From NCBI GenBank assembly GCA_005877565.1, contig VBOK01000081.1, positions 9,366 to 52,045 on the forward strand: a DNA stretch of 42,680 bases. Direction: 5' to 3'. The number at the start of each line of letters is the position of its first letter. Position 1 is the first letter of the stretch. Below the pieces are notes generated by a model that saw nothing but the letters and a program-made list of their open reading frames with translations, had not been told where the DNA came from and searched no databases. Made by a program: the position numbers and the translations under genes. This DNA is from Nitrospirota bacterium (GTDB taxonomy: Bacteria > Nitrospirota > Nitrospiria > Nitrospirales > NS-4). Positions 1 to 9,453 of the stretch are shown here, in pieces.

Positions 1-1
1 C

Positions 2-427
2 CGTTTTCTGACGGGCGCCGAGGCGGTGGAAGCGGTCGCGGACTTGGCGCAGCGTCATACCAGTCGCGTCGAGGATCTCGCGCAGGCCCGATTCCGGTTG
101 TCCAGCGGGATCTTCTGTTATGTGGAGGTCTCGCGGGTGTCGGGAGGGCGCGTCTGCCGCGTGGAGGCGGTCGGCAGGGCCGGTCAATTGATCGCGGACG
201 TCGACCGGAGCCTGCTGACCCGGATCGAGGGACGCGTGGTCGCGGAAACGGAGGCAGTGCCGGATCAGCCGACCGTCGGCACAGTCCTTGAGGCGTTCGC
301 CATGAGTCTCACAACCGGAGCCCCCGTACCGGTGTCCGGAGAGGACGGCCTGCGCGCTGTGGCGATGGCTGATGCCTGCTACCGTGCCGCACGCGAGGGC
401 AAGCCCGTGCCGATCACGGTTCCCTAG
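2..427 (+). CDS. Gfo/Idh/MocA-family oxidoreductase, C-terminal fragment (5' end outside window)
   Basis: The frame is open to the left edge. The C-terminal segment ...VSGEDGLRAVAMADACYRAAREGKPVPI resembles the end of Gfo/Idh/MocA C-terminal domains. The family call is from pattern memory only. Confidence 0.45.
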   Translation, partial: RFLTGAEAVEAVADLAQRHTSRVEDLAQARFRLSSGIFCYVEVSRVSGGRVCRVEAVGRAGQLIADVDRSLLTRIEGRVVAETEAVPDQPTVGTVLEAFAMSLTTGAPVPVSGEDGLRAVAMADACYRAAREGKPVPITVP

Positions 428-435
428 CAGTCGGC

Positions 436-465
436 TTGACCCATTTCCAAAGCGGGTGTTATAGA
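436..465 (+). promoter_or_regulatory. sigma70-like promoter TTGACC-N18-TATAGA, 7 nt upstream of ATG 473 (leaderless geometry)
   Basis: TTGACC at 436-441 and TATAGA at 460-465. There is no Shine-Dalgarno between the -10 box and the ATG. Confidence 0.4.
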
Positions 466-472
466 TAGCGCC

Positions 473-853
473 ATGCCAAGCACCGAAGAGGGACCGTTTG
501 CACAGGCGAGCAATTTTTCAGTGGCGATCCCCCAGGCTCGGAACCTCCGGGACCTCCGGCAACGGAAGTACGGGCAGCCGGTCTATGTGAGCTCGGACCA
601 TCCCCTGGCCCGGAAGGGACAGACGGCCACCTGGGAGAAGTTCAACGTCCGGTTGGCGGTCGTGAAATTCGAGGACGGTGTGGTATCGGGGTACGACCCG
701 GCCGACCTGCTCCTGCCGACCCGCTTTGACAATGGCAAGCCGGTGTTCGAGATCCGCACCTGCGAATTGTGCCGCGCGGCGTTTACCTTGACGCAACAGG
801 AAGTCGAGGACAAGAAAGAGCCTGCCCGCTGCCCCGCCTGCCTGGAGTTCTAG
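473..853 (+). CDS. small hypothetical protein with C-terminal CxxC...CxxC zinc ribbon
   Basis: 126-aa ORF ending ...TCELCRAAFTLTQQEVEDKKEPARCPACLEF. It has a promoter-like motif directly upstream. Its stop shares the CTAG tetranucleotide with the convergent M48 gene. Confidence 0.5.
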   Translation: MPSTEEGPFAQASNFSVAIPQARNLRDLRQRKYGQPVYVSSDHPLARKGQTATWEKFNVRLAVVKFEDGVVSGYDPADLLLPTRFDNGKPVFEIRTCELCRAAFTLTQQEVEDKKEPARCPACLEF

Positions 854-1725
854 ATCTTCCCACGCACGCGGGCGAAGCGATTCTCCAGCAGCACGCCGGT
901 TGGCTTCCATCCCTGTGTCTGAATGACCTGTTGGACAGCATGAATGCGGGTGGAGAAATTCGGGTGGGTCTTGAAGAACGCCCGATCGTCACCCTTCAGG
1001 GCGCGCAGCCGGGTCAGGAGCGTGACATACGCAGTCGGGTCGTACCCCACGCGGGCGGCGAACACCTCACCGAGGCTGTCCCCTTCGAGCTCCTTGTCCT
1101 GGTCGAGCCCTTCGTCCAGCAGTTTCTTGGCGGCTGCATCGATCAGGTTCTTGAACACGTCGGGATTCTGATGCGCGTAGGCCAGCCCAGCCTCGGAGAC
1201 GCCTGCCAGTCGCTTGCTGCGCTGGACGACCTCGAGGATATGCTTCTGGGAGACGTGCGCGATCTCGTGCCCCAGCACCGCGGCCAACTCGGCTTCGTTG
1301 CGGATCTGCTTGAGCAAGCCGCGGGTCACGAAGACGTAGCCGGCTGGCGCTGCGAACGCGTTGATCGAGTCGGAGTTGAGCACGGCGAAGTGATAGGGGA
1401 TGTCCGGGCGGTCGCAGGTGAGGGCCACGGCTCGGCCGACCAGGTTGAGGTAGCGGGTGAGGTCCGGCTGGTCGTACACCCCTCCGTAACGGGCGACGAC
1501 CTGAAGGGAGATCGCGGCGCCGATGGACTGCTCTTCCTCGTAGGAGATCGGCAGCAGGCCGCTCACAAGGGTGCCGCTCCCATGGATAATCTTGGCTAGG
1601 CGTTCATCCCCGGACCGGCGCGCCTGCTCTTCCGCGACCTGTTGAATTTCCGCGCAGCCGCTCCACAAGCCGATGATCGTCAGGACGGGGAGGAGCCTGA
1701 TCAAATGCCAGGCTTTACTGCGCAT
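850..1725 (-). CDS. M48-family zinc metallopeptidase, probable lipoprotein
   Basis: HEIAH zinc-binding motif (LGHEIAHVSQKH). N-terminal signal with lipobox-like LWSGC. Overlaps the upstream SH3 gene by 11 nt. Confidence 0.85.
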   Translation of the reverse strand: MRSKAWHLIRLLPVLTIIGLWSGCAEIQQVAEEQARRSGDERLAKIIHGSGTLVSGLLPISYEEEQSIGAAISLQVVARYGGVYDQPDLTRYLNLVGRAVALTCDRPDIPYHFAVLNSDSINAFAAPAGYVFVTRGLLKQIRNEAELAAVLGHEIAHVSQKHILEVVQRSKRLAGVSEAGLAYAHQNPDVFKNLIDAAAKKLLDEGLDQDKELEGDSLGEVFAARVGYDPTAYVTLLTRLRALKGDDRAFFKTHPNFSTRIHAVQQVIQTQGWKPTGVLLENRFARVRGKI

Positions 1726-2245
1726 ATTCCCCGAGCCTCCCTTGTTTCAGGAAGTCTTCCACCTCCTGGTCACTGATCCGGTACGCCGCCATGCGATCGA
1801 TCGCGTCCCGATGCTGCTGGGTGATGCCAACGCGATTGGCGTAGCCTTCCGAGACCTTGTCCAGGCCGCGGGCGCCGGCTGACGCCGTCACATCTTCGGC
1901 TTCGGTCCTCCTGAAGCTCTTGCCGAGCTTGGCCAACACATCATCCTCGCCGCCGGCGGGTTTTGTGGGCGTTGTCTTGCCGGCGAAGATCCAGCCTTTG
2001 GCCCCGCGCGCGGTCTGGACTTCCAGCCAATTGCCCTCCTTGCCGAGCACCTCCAGCGACTCCCCGAACTTCAGGTCGGCCACCACGCTGTCCAGCGACG
2101 TTTTCCCGGAGCGGAGCTTCGCGGTCTTGCTCTGGACGAAAACGGTTTCTGCCAGCGCGACACTAGTCAGAAGACACAGGTTCAACAACAGCAGGGTGAC
2201 GAGCGGAGCGGCAAGTCGTGAAGGGCGTTTCAACGGAACCTCCAC
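1715..2245 (-). CDS. secreted bacterial SH3-domain protein
   Basis: Signal peptide (LAAPLVTLLLLNLCLLTSVALA). SH3b-like segment FGESLEVLGKEGNWLEVQTARGAKGWIFAGK. Lies 6 nt downstream of the cyclase gene on the same strand. Confidence 0.6.
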   Translation of the reverse strand: MEVPLKRPSRLAAPLVTLLLLNLCLLTSVALAETVFVQSKTAKLRSGKTSLDSVVADLKFGESLEVLGKEGNWLEVQTARGAKGWIFAGKTTPTKPAGGEDDVLAKLGKSFRRTEAEDVTASAGARGLDKVSEGYANRVGITQQHRDAIDRMAAYRISDQEVEDFLKQGRLGEYAQ

Positions 2246-2251
2246 AGTCGG

Positions 2252-4345
2252 CTACTTAGACTTCAGTACGTACACGCCATCCCAGTCGGGTGGGGGAGGG
2301 GTCGCCAGGTACTCCTGCACCCGGTGCAGGTAAACCTTGGTCGGCCCATCGGACGGGTCCAGCGCCAGCGCGGCTTCGAAACGTTCCTTTGCGACCGTGA
2401 ATTCCCGTTGCTTGTAGGCGGCGAGACCGTCCTGATACAAGGCGACCACGTGTTGCTTCTCCGCCGGCAGCGCCCCTTTCCGGGCCAGCAGTTCGTACAC
2501 CACCACCGGCTCCAGCTTGCCCTTCACCCGCAGGATGTCCACTTCCCGCGCCTCGATATCGGGTTTGGCCAGCTCGTACGTCCGCGGGCCCAGGAGGATC
2601 AACGTGGCGTAGAACTTGTTGGCTCCTTCCAGACGGGACGCCAAGTTCACGCTGTCGCCCATGACAGTATACTCCATCCGCGCCTGGGAGCCCATGTTCC
2701 CCACGACCAGCGGTCCGGAGTTGATCCCGATGCGCGCGATCATCTCCGGATAGCCTCGCGCTGTCCACCCCTCGCGCAGCCGGGCGAGCGCCGCCTGGTA
2801 CTCCAGGGCCGCGAAACAGGCCAGCGAGGCGTGAGTGGGCTCACTGCGCGGCGCGCCGAAGATCGCCATGATGCCGTCGCCAAGGTACTTGTTCACGTTC
2901 CCCCGATACCGGCGAATGATGTCCGTCATGGAAGACAGATATTCGTTGAGCAGGAAAACGAGGTCTTCCGGGTCCAGTTTCTCAGAGATCGTGGTGAACC
3001 CGGCCACGTCCGAGAAGAAGACGGTCAGTTCCTTTTTTTCGCCACCAAGCTTGATGCTCTCCGGGTTGCGCATGATCTCATCCACGACTTCAGCGGACAT
3101 GTATTTATCGAAGGCGGCCCGCAGCACGCGGCGTTGTCGGCCTTCGGTCAGGTACTCTACGGTGGCGGAGACGGCGTAGGCCAAGGCCAAGGCCCCTTCG
3201 GGAAAGACCAGTTCCATCCAGACATCGTGGTCTGTGAAGGCGTGGATGACGAGCCCGTAATAGGCGAGGGCCAGCCCGGCGATGAGTAGGAATTTGAGGG
3301 CTTGGCGTTGGACCAGCACGAAGGCCCACGCGGTGCCGATGCAGAGCACCAGCGTGGTCAGGACAAAGGCCCAGGGAGGGGCCTGGGCTATGGCTTGGCT
3401 GCGGAGCAGGTTGTCTAGCGCGGTCATTTGGATCAAGACGCCGGGTGTGAACGGAGAGAGCGGGGTCACCCGCAAGTCATACGTGCCGGCGGCGGTCGTC
3501 CCCACGAACACGACCTTGTCCTTAAAGAGGGCAGGATCGAGCAGTGGGCGTTCACCCTTCTGCATTTCGGTGTAGGAGCGCAGGACCGCCCCGATGGAGT
3601 AGGCCGGGTAGGTCTTCTGCTCCAGCGCTCCATGCCAGTCCAGCACGATGTCGCCATCCCGCGTGATGGGCACCGTCGTCAGGCCCAGCCGGAGGGTGTG
3701 GCCATCTTGCACGGCACGCTCCGCTCTCAGCAGGTACCGGGCCACCGCCGTGGCTAATTGGGGAACGGCGCCCTGCATAGTCTGGACCAACGGCGGCAGG
3801 CGGCGCATCGTCCCGTCCGGATCAGGCGTCAGAGTGATGTGCCCCAGTCCTCGGGCGGCTTCTGTCAGCGATGGGATGGGCAGCTTCATCCCTTGGTATG
3901 GATTCGAGGAATTGGCCAGTCGCTCCGGCTGCGAGTCCACCGGAATCGTCGCCTTGGTCAGGAGCGGAGCGGAGAGCGCGGGTGGTGGATCGTGCTGGAG
4001 CAGGAACGGAAAGAAGACGTTTTCCGCGGCGCGCACTTCCTCCGCGAGTACCGCGTCGAATTCTTGGTCGTTGGCGTCGGGCTCGAGGAACAAAATATCG
4101 AAGACGATCGCCTTGGCCCCCGCTGCGTCCGGATCGGCGTACTGATTGAAGCGATGGTCCAGGGACTTCAACTCTGCGATGGTGAGGAGGCCGTTGGCGT
4201 GAAGCGCCATCGTGGTGATGAACACGGCCAGCCCGATGCCGCAGGCGGCGAGCCACTTCTTGGAGGTTTTGGGCAGCGGCATCGCGTCCAGTATGGCCGA
4301 GCGGCTGTCCTCTTGCAAGGCGAGGCGCGGGCTGTTATTAATCAA
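2252..4345 (-). CDS. CHASE2-sensor class III adenylate/guanylate cyclase with C-terminal TPR-like tail
   Basis: Periplasmic CHASE2-like region (GAKAIVFDILFLEPD, DPDGTMRR) is followed by TM helices and the cyclase motifs FFSDVAGFT, KYLGDGIMAIFGAP and GDSVNLASRLE. The start at 4345 is TTG. An alternative ATG is at 4282. Confidence 0.85.
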   Translation of the reverse strand: MINNSPRLALQEDSRSAILDAMPLPKTSKKWLAACGIGLAVFITTMALHANGLLTIAELKSLDHRFNQYADPDAAGAKAIVFDILFLEPDANDQEFDAVLAEEVRAAENVFFPFLLQHDPPPALSAPLLTKATIPVDSQPERLANSSNPYQGMKLPIPSLTEAARGLGHITLTPDPDGTMRRLPPLVQTMQGAVPQLATAVARYLLRAERAVQDGHTLRLGLTTVPITRDGDIVLDWHGALEQKTYPAYSIGAVLRSYTEMQKGERPLLDPALFKDKVVFVGTTAAGTYDLRVTPLSPFTPGVLIQMTALDNLLRSQAIAQAPPWAFVLTTLVLCIGTAWAFVLVQRQALKFLLIAGLALAYYGLVIHAFTDHDVWMELVFPEGALALAYAVSATVEYLTEGRQRRVLRAAFDKYMSAEVVDEIMRNPESIKLGGEKKELTVFFSDVAGFTTISEKLDPEDLVFLLNEYLSSMTDIIRRYRGNVNKYLGDGIMAIFGAPRSEPTHASLACFAALEYQAALARLREGWTARGYPEMIARIGINSGPLVVGNMGSQARMEYTVMGDSVNLASRLEGANKFYATLILLGPRTYELAKPDIEAREVDILRVKGKLEPVVVYELLARKGALPAEKQHVVALYQDGLAAYKQREFTVAKERFEAALALDPSDGPTKVYLHRVQEYLATPPPPDWDGVYVLKSK

Positions 4346-4359
4346 GAGGAGGCACCGAT

Positions 4360-5496
4360 ATGCCGCATGACTTTATGCCGGGATTGGCGGGCGTGCCGGC
4401 CGCCCGTTCCAGGATCAGCGATGTGGACGGCCAGGCTGGCGTTCTGGAGTACCGCGGCATCCGCATCGAAGAGCTCGCCGCGAAAAGCACCTTTCTCGAG
4501 ACGGCCTACCTCCTTCTCTTCAACCGCTTGCCGACCCGTCTGGAACTGGAACGGTTCACCGCGGATATCGCAAGGCACAGGCGGATCAAGTTCAAGATCA
4601 TTGACCTGATCAAGTGCCTACCCGAGACCGGACATCCCATGGATGCGCTCCAGGCGGCCGTGGCGGCCTTGGGGATGTTCTATCCTGGCCGGAACGTCCG
4701 CGATCAGGAGAACAACTACTGGTCGACCGTGCGGCTCATCGCGAAGCTTCCGACCATCGTGGCGGCTTTCGCGCGCATCCGCCACGGCGACGACCACGTC
4801 CCGCCGCGAGACGAACTGGGCTTCAGCGAGAATTTCCTGTACATGCTGACCGAGCGGATGCCCGACCGGCTCGTCGCGGACATCCTCGACGTGTGTCTGG
4901 TCCTCCACGCCGAGCATACGATGAACGCCTCCACATTCTGCGGGCTCGTCACGGCTTCGACACTCGCCGATCCCTACACCGTCGTCGCCTCGGCGATCGG
5001 TGCCCTGAAAGGGCCGCTGCACGGCGGGGCCAATGAGGAGGTCGTGGCCATGCTACGTGAGATCGGCACGATCGAGCACGTGCGTCCGTACCTGCAGGCG
5101 AAGTTGGACAGGAAGGAGCCGATCATGGGGTTCGGCCACCGGGTCTACAAGGTCAAGGACCCGCGCGCCGTGTTCCTCCAGCAACTGGCGCAGAAGCTCT
5201 TCGCCCAGTACGGGAAGTCCCCGCTCTATGAACTGGCCGAGGAGGTGGAACGGGTCGGCCTGGAGCTGCTGGCCCACAAGAAGGTGTACCCCAACGTGGA
5301 CTTCTACTCTGGCATCATCTATGGCCAGATGGGTATCTCCAGCGACACGTTTACCCCGATCTTCGCCATGTCCCGGGTCGCAGGCTGGCTGGCCCACTGG
5401 CTCGAACAGTTGAGGGAGAACAAGCTCTACCGGCCTGACCAGATCTACGAGGGGGAGCACGGGCGTCGGTACCTGCCGCTCGACCAGCGCGACTGA
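4360..5496 (+). CDS. gltA: citrate synthase (short, ~378-aa type)
   Basis: GFGHRVYKVKDPRA signature, HAEHTMNAST, and NVDFYSG near the C-terminus. AGGAGG SD lies 8 nt upstream. Confidence 0.88.
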   Translation: MPHDFMPGLAGVPAARSRISDVDGQAGVLEYRGIRIEELAAKSTFLETAYLLLFNRLPTRLELERFTADIARHRRIKFKIIDLIKCLPETGHPMDALQAAVAALGMFYPGRNVRDQENNYWSTVRLIAKLPTIVAAFARIRHGDDHVPPRDELGFSENFLYMLTERMPDRLVADILDVCLVLHAEHTMNASTFCGLVTASTLADPYTVVASAIGALKGPLHGGANEEVVAMLREIGTIEHVRPYLQAKLDRKEPIMGFGHRVYKVKDPRAVFLQQLAQKLFAQYGKSPLYELAEEVERVGLELLAHKKVYPNVDFYSGIIYGQMGISSDTFTPIFAMSRVAGWLAHWLEQLRENKLYRPDQIYEGEHGRRYLPLDQRD

Positions 5497-5618
5497 GCGC
5501 GTTCGCAGCCCGGCTGCTCCCGTGCTTGTTGCTTGAGCGGCTCCCCGGACTGGATTACAATCCCCGCGCTGGACAAAGCCGTTCTGCCTAGGGTGAGCTT
5601 ATTGCAAAAGGGGGAGGC

Positions 5619-7130
5619 GTGAAGAAGAAGCCGCGGAACAAACCTGCCGGGAAGCCGTTTCAGGGGAAAGTCATCTACCTGTCCAGGCAGTCGTCGCAGC
5701 AAGTGGCCGGCAGGGCGACCCGACTGGAACGGGACACGATGGGTGAGCTCGCCGTCCCCGCAGATGCCTACTACGGTGTGCAGACTGCCCGCGCGATCGA
5801 AAACTTTCCGATCAGCTCCCTGCGGCTGCCCCGCGCCATGATCCGGGCGCTGGGACTGATCAAGTGGGCCGCCGCGCGCGTCAACACGGAGCTGGGGTTG
5901 CTGGACCACAAGATCGCCAAGGCGATCCAGCGGGCTGCGCAGGAGGTGATCGGCGGCCAGCTGGACGATCAGTTCCCCGTGGACGTCTTCCAGACAGGCT
6001 CCGGCACCTCGTCCAACATGAATGTCAATGAAGTCATCGCCAACCGGGCGGCTGAACTGCTGGGGGGGGAGCGGGGCAGCAAGCTCGTGCACCCCAACGA
6101 TCACGCGAATCTCGGACAGTCCAGCAACGACGTGATCCCCACGGCCATTCACGTCGCGGCCCTGGAGCAGATCGACAAGGCGCTGATTCCGGCGCTCAAG
6201 CGCCTCTATACGGCCCTGGCAGCAAAGGCCAAGGAGTTCGACGACGTGGTCAAGATCGGACGCACGCACTTGCAGGATGCGACTCCCGTCCGGCTCGGGC
6301 AAGAATTCTCGGGCTACGCGCGACAGATCGAGTTGGGCATGCAGCGAGTGGAGCGGGTGCGCTCTTCGTTGGGGGAGCTGGCTTTGGGAGGCACCGCGGT
6401 CGGCACAGGCTTGAACGCCCATCCGGAGTTCGCCAAGCGCGTGATTGCGTTGCTGGCCCGCGAGACCCACTGTCCGTTGCAGGAAGCGAAGGACCACTTT
6501 GAAGCCCAGGCCGCCCAGGATGCGCTGGTGGAAGCCAGCGGGGCGCTCCGGACCGTGGCGGTCAGCCTGATGAAGATCGCCAACGACATCCGATGGCTGG
6601 GATCAGGTCCGCGCTGTGGTCTGGGGGAGATCCTCCTGCCGGAGACCCAGCCCGGCTCCTCTATCATGCCGGGTAAGGTCAATCCTGTCATTGCCGAGTC
6701 GGTGATGATGGTGGCTGTCCAAGTCATGGGGAATGATACGGCCATCATGGTGTCTGGCCAGGCCGGCAACTTCGAGTTGCTCGTCATGCTGCCGGTCATG
6801 GCACACAACCTCCTGCAATCCATTGCGCTCATGGCCCGCGCGACAGAAAACTTCGCCGTTCGCTGCGTGGAGGGTCTTAGAGCCAACCCCGAGCGGTGCC
6901 GGGCCGGCATCGAGCAGAGCCTGGCCATGTGCACGGCGCTCGTGCCGGAAATCGGGTACGAAGCGGCGGCCGAGATCGCCAAGGAGGCGTTTCGGACCGG
7001 CAAGACGATCCGCGAAGTCGCACTGGAGAAGAAGGTCCTGCCGGCGGAGCGCCTCGCCCACCTCTTGGATCCCTGGCGCATGACCGAGCCGGGCTTGACC
7101 GGCGGCAAGCCAGGGAGCGCAGGAGGATAA
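5619..7130 (+). CDS. aspA: aspartate ammonia-lyase (class II fumarase/aspartase family)
   Basis: [15 protein letters not shown] signature. The N-terminal [20 protein letters not shown] matches AspA (E. coli [20 protein letters not shown]) rather than FumC. The start is GTG 5619 after GGGGGAGG. An in-frame GTG at 5703 is possible. Confidence 0.8.
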   Translation: [503 protein letters not shown]

Positions 7131-7217
7131 CCTTTTTGACAAGCCCTTTGGGGGTATGCTAGCTTCGGCCCTTATTTTTTGCCGAGGTAGGGTCTCGCTG
7201 GCACAAAGACTCTTCGG

Positions 7218-8591
7218 ATGAGCACGAAACATTTGATTGTCGTCGTCGGCGCCGGACCAGCCGGACTGTCCGTCGCCAACGTCATGTCCAAGCAGGGACA
7301 TGAGGTAGTGGTGCTCAACCGGGACATCAAATTCGGCGGGCTCGCCGAGTATGGCATTTTCCCCAACAAGCACAAGTTACGCGGTGGCTTGCGCAAGGGC
7401 TACTGGGAAGTCCTGACGCGCCCCAACGTCCGGTACTTCGGCAACGTGACGGTCGGCAACGGCTACCATCTGACCGTGTCAGAGCTGCGCGCACTGGGGC
7501 CCAGCGCGTTGGTCTTCTCGACCGGGGCCCAGGGCACCAAGACCATCGGCGTGGAGGGGGACACCGCCAAAGGGGTCTATCACGCCAAAGACAGCGTCTA
7601 CCACTATAACCTGCTGCCGGGGTTCAGCACCCGCCTGTTCGAGATGGGCCAGCGCGTGGCGGTGATCGGCATCGGGGACGTGATGGTGGACATCGCGCAC
7701 TGGCTGTCGCGCCGCCGCCGCGTCGCGGAGGTCCACGTGATCGTCCGGCGCGGGCCGGCCGAGCGCAAGTACAACCCCAAGGAGATTCGCGCCGTCTGCG
7801 CCTCTATCGATCAGGACTCCCTCCAGAAGGAGATCGCGCGGATCGCTCCGCGCCTGGAAGCGGTACAGCAGTCGCCCGAGAAGATCCTGGCCGAGATGCG
7901 GGCGGAGTTCACGAAGTGCGAGCCGCCGGAGAGCCAGTCCCGCATGCACTTCCATTTCCTGTCCTCCCCGAAGCGCGTCCTCTCCGACGGCCAGAACCAG
8001 GTCGTCGGCTTGGAGGTGGAAGACACGAAGCTCGAACTCAAAGGCACGGAACCCGCGGCGGTCGGGCTGAAGACCTGCTACACGATCCCGTGCGACAGCG
8101 TCGTGTTCGCCGTCGGGGACCGCGTGGATGAGGCGGTCGGGCTTCCGTACAAGAACGGAGTCTTTGTCACGAACCCCAACCGGACGCAGCACGATCCCGA
8201 CGACAGCCTGTTCCAGGCCTACGACGAAGCGGCTGGCGCGATCATGCCGGGGGTTTTTCTCTGCGGGTGGGCCCGCAAGGCCAGTGACGGGCTGGTCGGC
8301 GTGGCCAAGCGGGACGGGGAGTGGTGCAGTGAGGTTGTCCTGCGGTACCTGGCGGACAAAGCGCCTCTGACGGCGGAGGAGATCGCCCACAAGCTGAAAC
8401 GGCTAGAGGCCTTGGTGAAGAGCCGTCAACCGGACCTCGTGCAGGTCGACGATCTGTTGGCGTTGAGCGAGATGGAGCAGGAAGAAGGGCAGCGCCGCGA
8501 TATCGAGGAATTCAAGTTTCCCACCAACGAGGAGATGCTCGTCGCCATTCGCCGGAAGAAGTCCATGGCGAAGGTGTCAGCGTCCCGTTAG
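7218..8591 (+). CDS. FAD-dependent NADPH:ferredoxin (adrenodoxin-type, FprA-like) reductase
   Basis: VVGAGPAGL dinucleotide fold, GGLAEYGIFPNKHK, a second GIGDVMVDIA NADP fold, and RRGP. Length (457 aa) and layout resemble mycobacterial FprA. Confidence 0.6.
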   Translation: MSTKHLIVVVGAGPAGLSVANVMSKQGHEVVVLNRDIKFGGLAEYGIFPNKHKLRGGLRKGYWEVLTRPNVRYFGNVTVGNGYHLTVSELRALGPSALVFSTGAQGTKTIGVEGDTAKGVYHAKDSVYHYNLLPGFSTRLFEMGQRVAVIGIGDVMVDIAHWLSRRRRVAEVHVIVRRGPAERKYNPKEIRAVCASIDQDSLQKEIARIAPRLEAVQQSPEKILAEMRAEFTKCEPPESQSRMHFHFLSSPKRVLSDGQNQVVGLEVEDTKLELKGTEPAAVGLKTCYTIPCDSVVFAVGDRVDEAVGLPYKNGVFVTNPNRTQHDPDDSLFQAYDEAAGAIMPGVFLCGWARKASDGLVGVAKRDGEWCSEVVLRYLADKAPLTAEEIAHKLKRLEALVKSRQPDLVQVDDLLALSEMEQEEGQRRDIEEFKFPTNEEMLVAIRRKKSMAKVSASR

Positions 8592-9451
8592 CTTTCCCCC
8601 CACTTCAGTTTTTTCCGCAACATATCGTAGTAGGTGCGGTCCGCGAAGCGGATCAGCCGCGTCTTGTTCTCCGACGCTTGGACCTCGATCAGGTCGCGGG
8701 GCTGGAGCGCGATGCCGGCCTGCCCGTCGAACGACACCATGGCACCCTCGTCTTTGCTGACCAGCCTCACCTCGACGTGTGCCTCTTGGGGGATGACAAT
8801 CGGACGGTTGGTGAGGGTGTGGGGACTGATGGGGGTGAGGATCAGCGCGTGCACGGCGGGATTGAGGATGGGCCCGCCGGCAGCCATGGAATATGCCGTC
8901 GAACCGGTCGGGGTCGAGATGATGAGCCCGTCGCCCCGCAATCCTGTGACGAATTGGCCATCGATGGAGATCTCCAACTGGACCATGTGGGACAAGGCGC
9001 CCTTGCTGAGCGCCACGTCGTTCAGCACGGCGGCGGCGGCGACCTGCTTGCCCATCCGGACGATGCGGGACCGCAGCATGAGGCGTTCCTCTTCCGCGTA
9101 GGTATTGGCGAACACCTGTTCCAGCGCCTTGAAAAGCTCGTCGCGCGTGACGGCGGTGAGGAAGCCCAGCCCCCCGGTGTTGACGCCCAAGATCGGAATG
9201 GGGCGGTCTTCGACGAGGCGGGCCGCCGCCAGCATGGTGCCGTCCCCGCCGAGGACCACCAGCATGTCGGCGAGTGCGGCGAGGTCCTTCTTGGGATAGG
9301 AAGTAGTCGCTCCGACGAGCTTGGCGGTGGCGGGATCGAGCAGCAGGTCCTTGCCCCGAGCCCGCAACCAGGGGACGAGTTCCTTGAGGAGGGCCTCGGT
9401 ATCGGGCGACTCCGCTTTGACGAGGATACCGATGCGTTTCATGGGCGGCAT
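8588..9451 (-). CDS. nadK: NAD kinase
   Basis: GGDGTML, NDVALSKG and STPTGSTAYSMAAGGPI motifs. An alternative start at ATG 9442 (MKRIGILVK...) lies 7 nt after a TAAAAT -10 box. Confidence 0.9.
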   Translation of the reverse strand: MPPMKRIGILVKAESPDTEALLKELVPWLRARGKDLLLDPATAKLVGATTSYPKKDLAALADMLVVLGGDGTMLAAARLVEDRPIPILGVNTGGLGFLTAVTRDELFKALEQVFANTYAEEERLMLRSRIVRMGKQVAAAAVLNDVALSKGALSHMVQLEISIDGQFVTGLRGDGLIISTPTGSTAYSMAAGGPILNPAVHALILTPISPHTLTNRPIVIPQEAHVEVRLVSKDEGAMVSFDGQAGIALQPRDLIEVQASENKTRLIRFADRTYYDMLRKKLKWGES

Positions 9452-9453
9452 TT

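Noticed and set aside
4118-4135. Possible in-frame loss inside the CHASE2 domain. The sequence goes ...RFNQYADPDA directly to AGAKAIVFDILFLEP, whereas I recall a conserved IDxxS...WPWxR block between these positions.
   Set aside because: This rests on recollection of the family consensus only. The overall domain length is normal, the reading frame is intact, and it could be lineage-specific divergence. An HMM alignment is needed before claiming it.
5619-7130. Calling this gene class II fumarate hydratase (fumC).
   Set aside because: The N-terminal [16 protein letters not shown] block and NPV after GSSIMPGKV match aspartase rather than FumC (YWGAQTQRS...NPTQ). I keep aspA, but the two families are close.
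7199-7215. TGGCAC upstream of the FprA-like gene as a sigma54 -24 element.
   Set aside because: The -12 position reads CTCT instead of TTGC/GC, so the bipartite promoter is not present.
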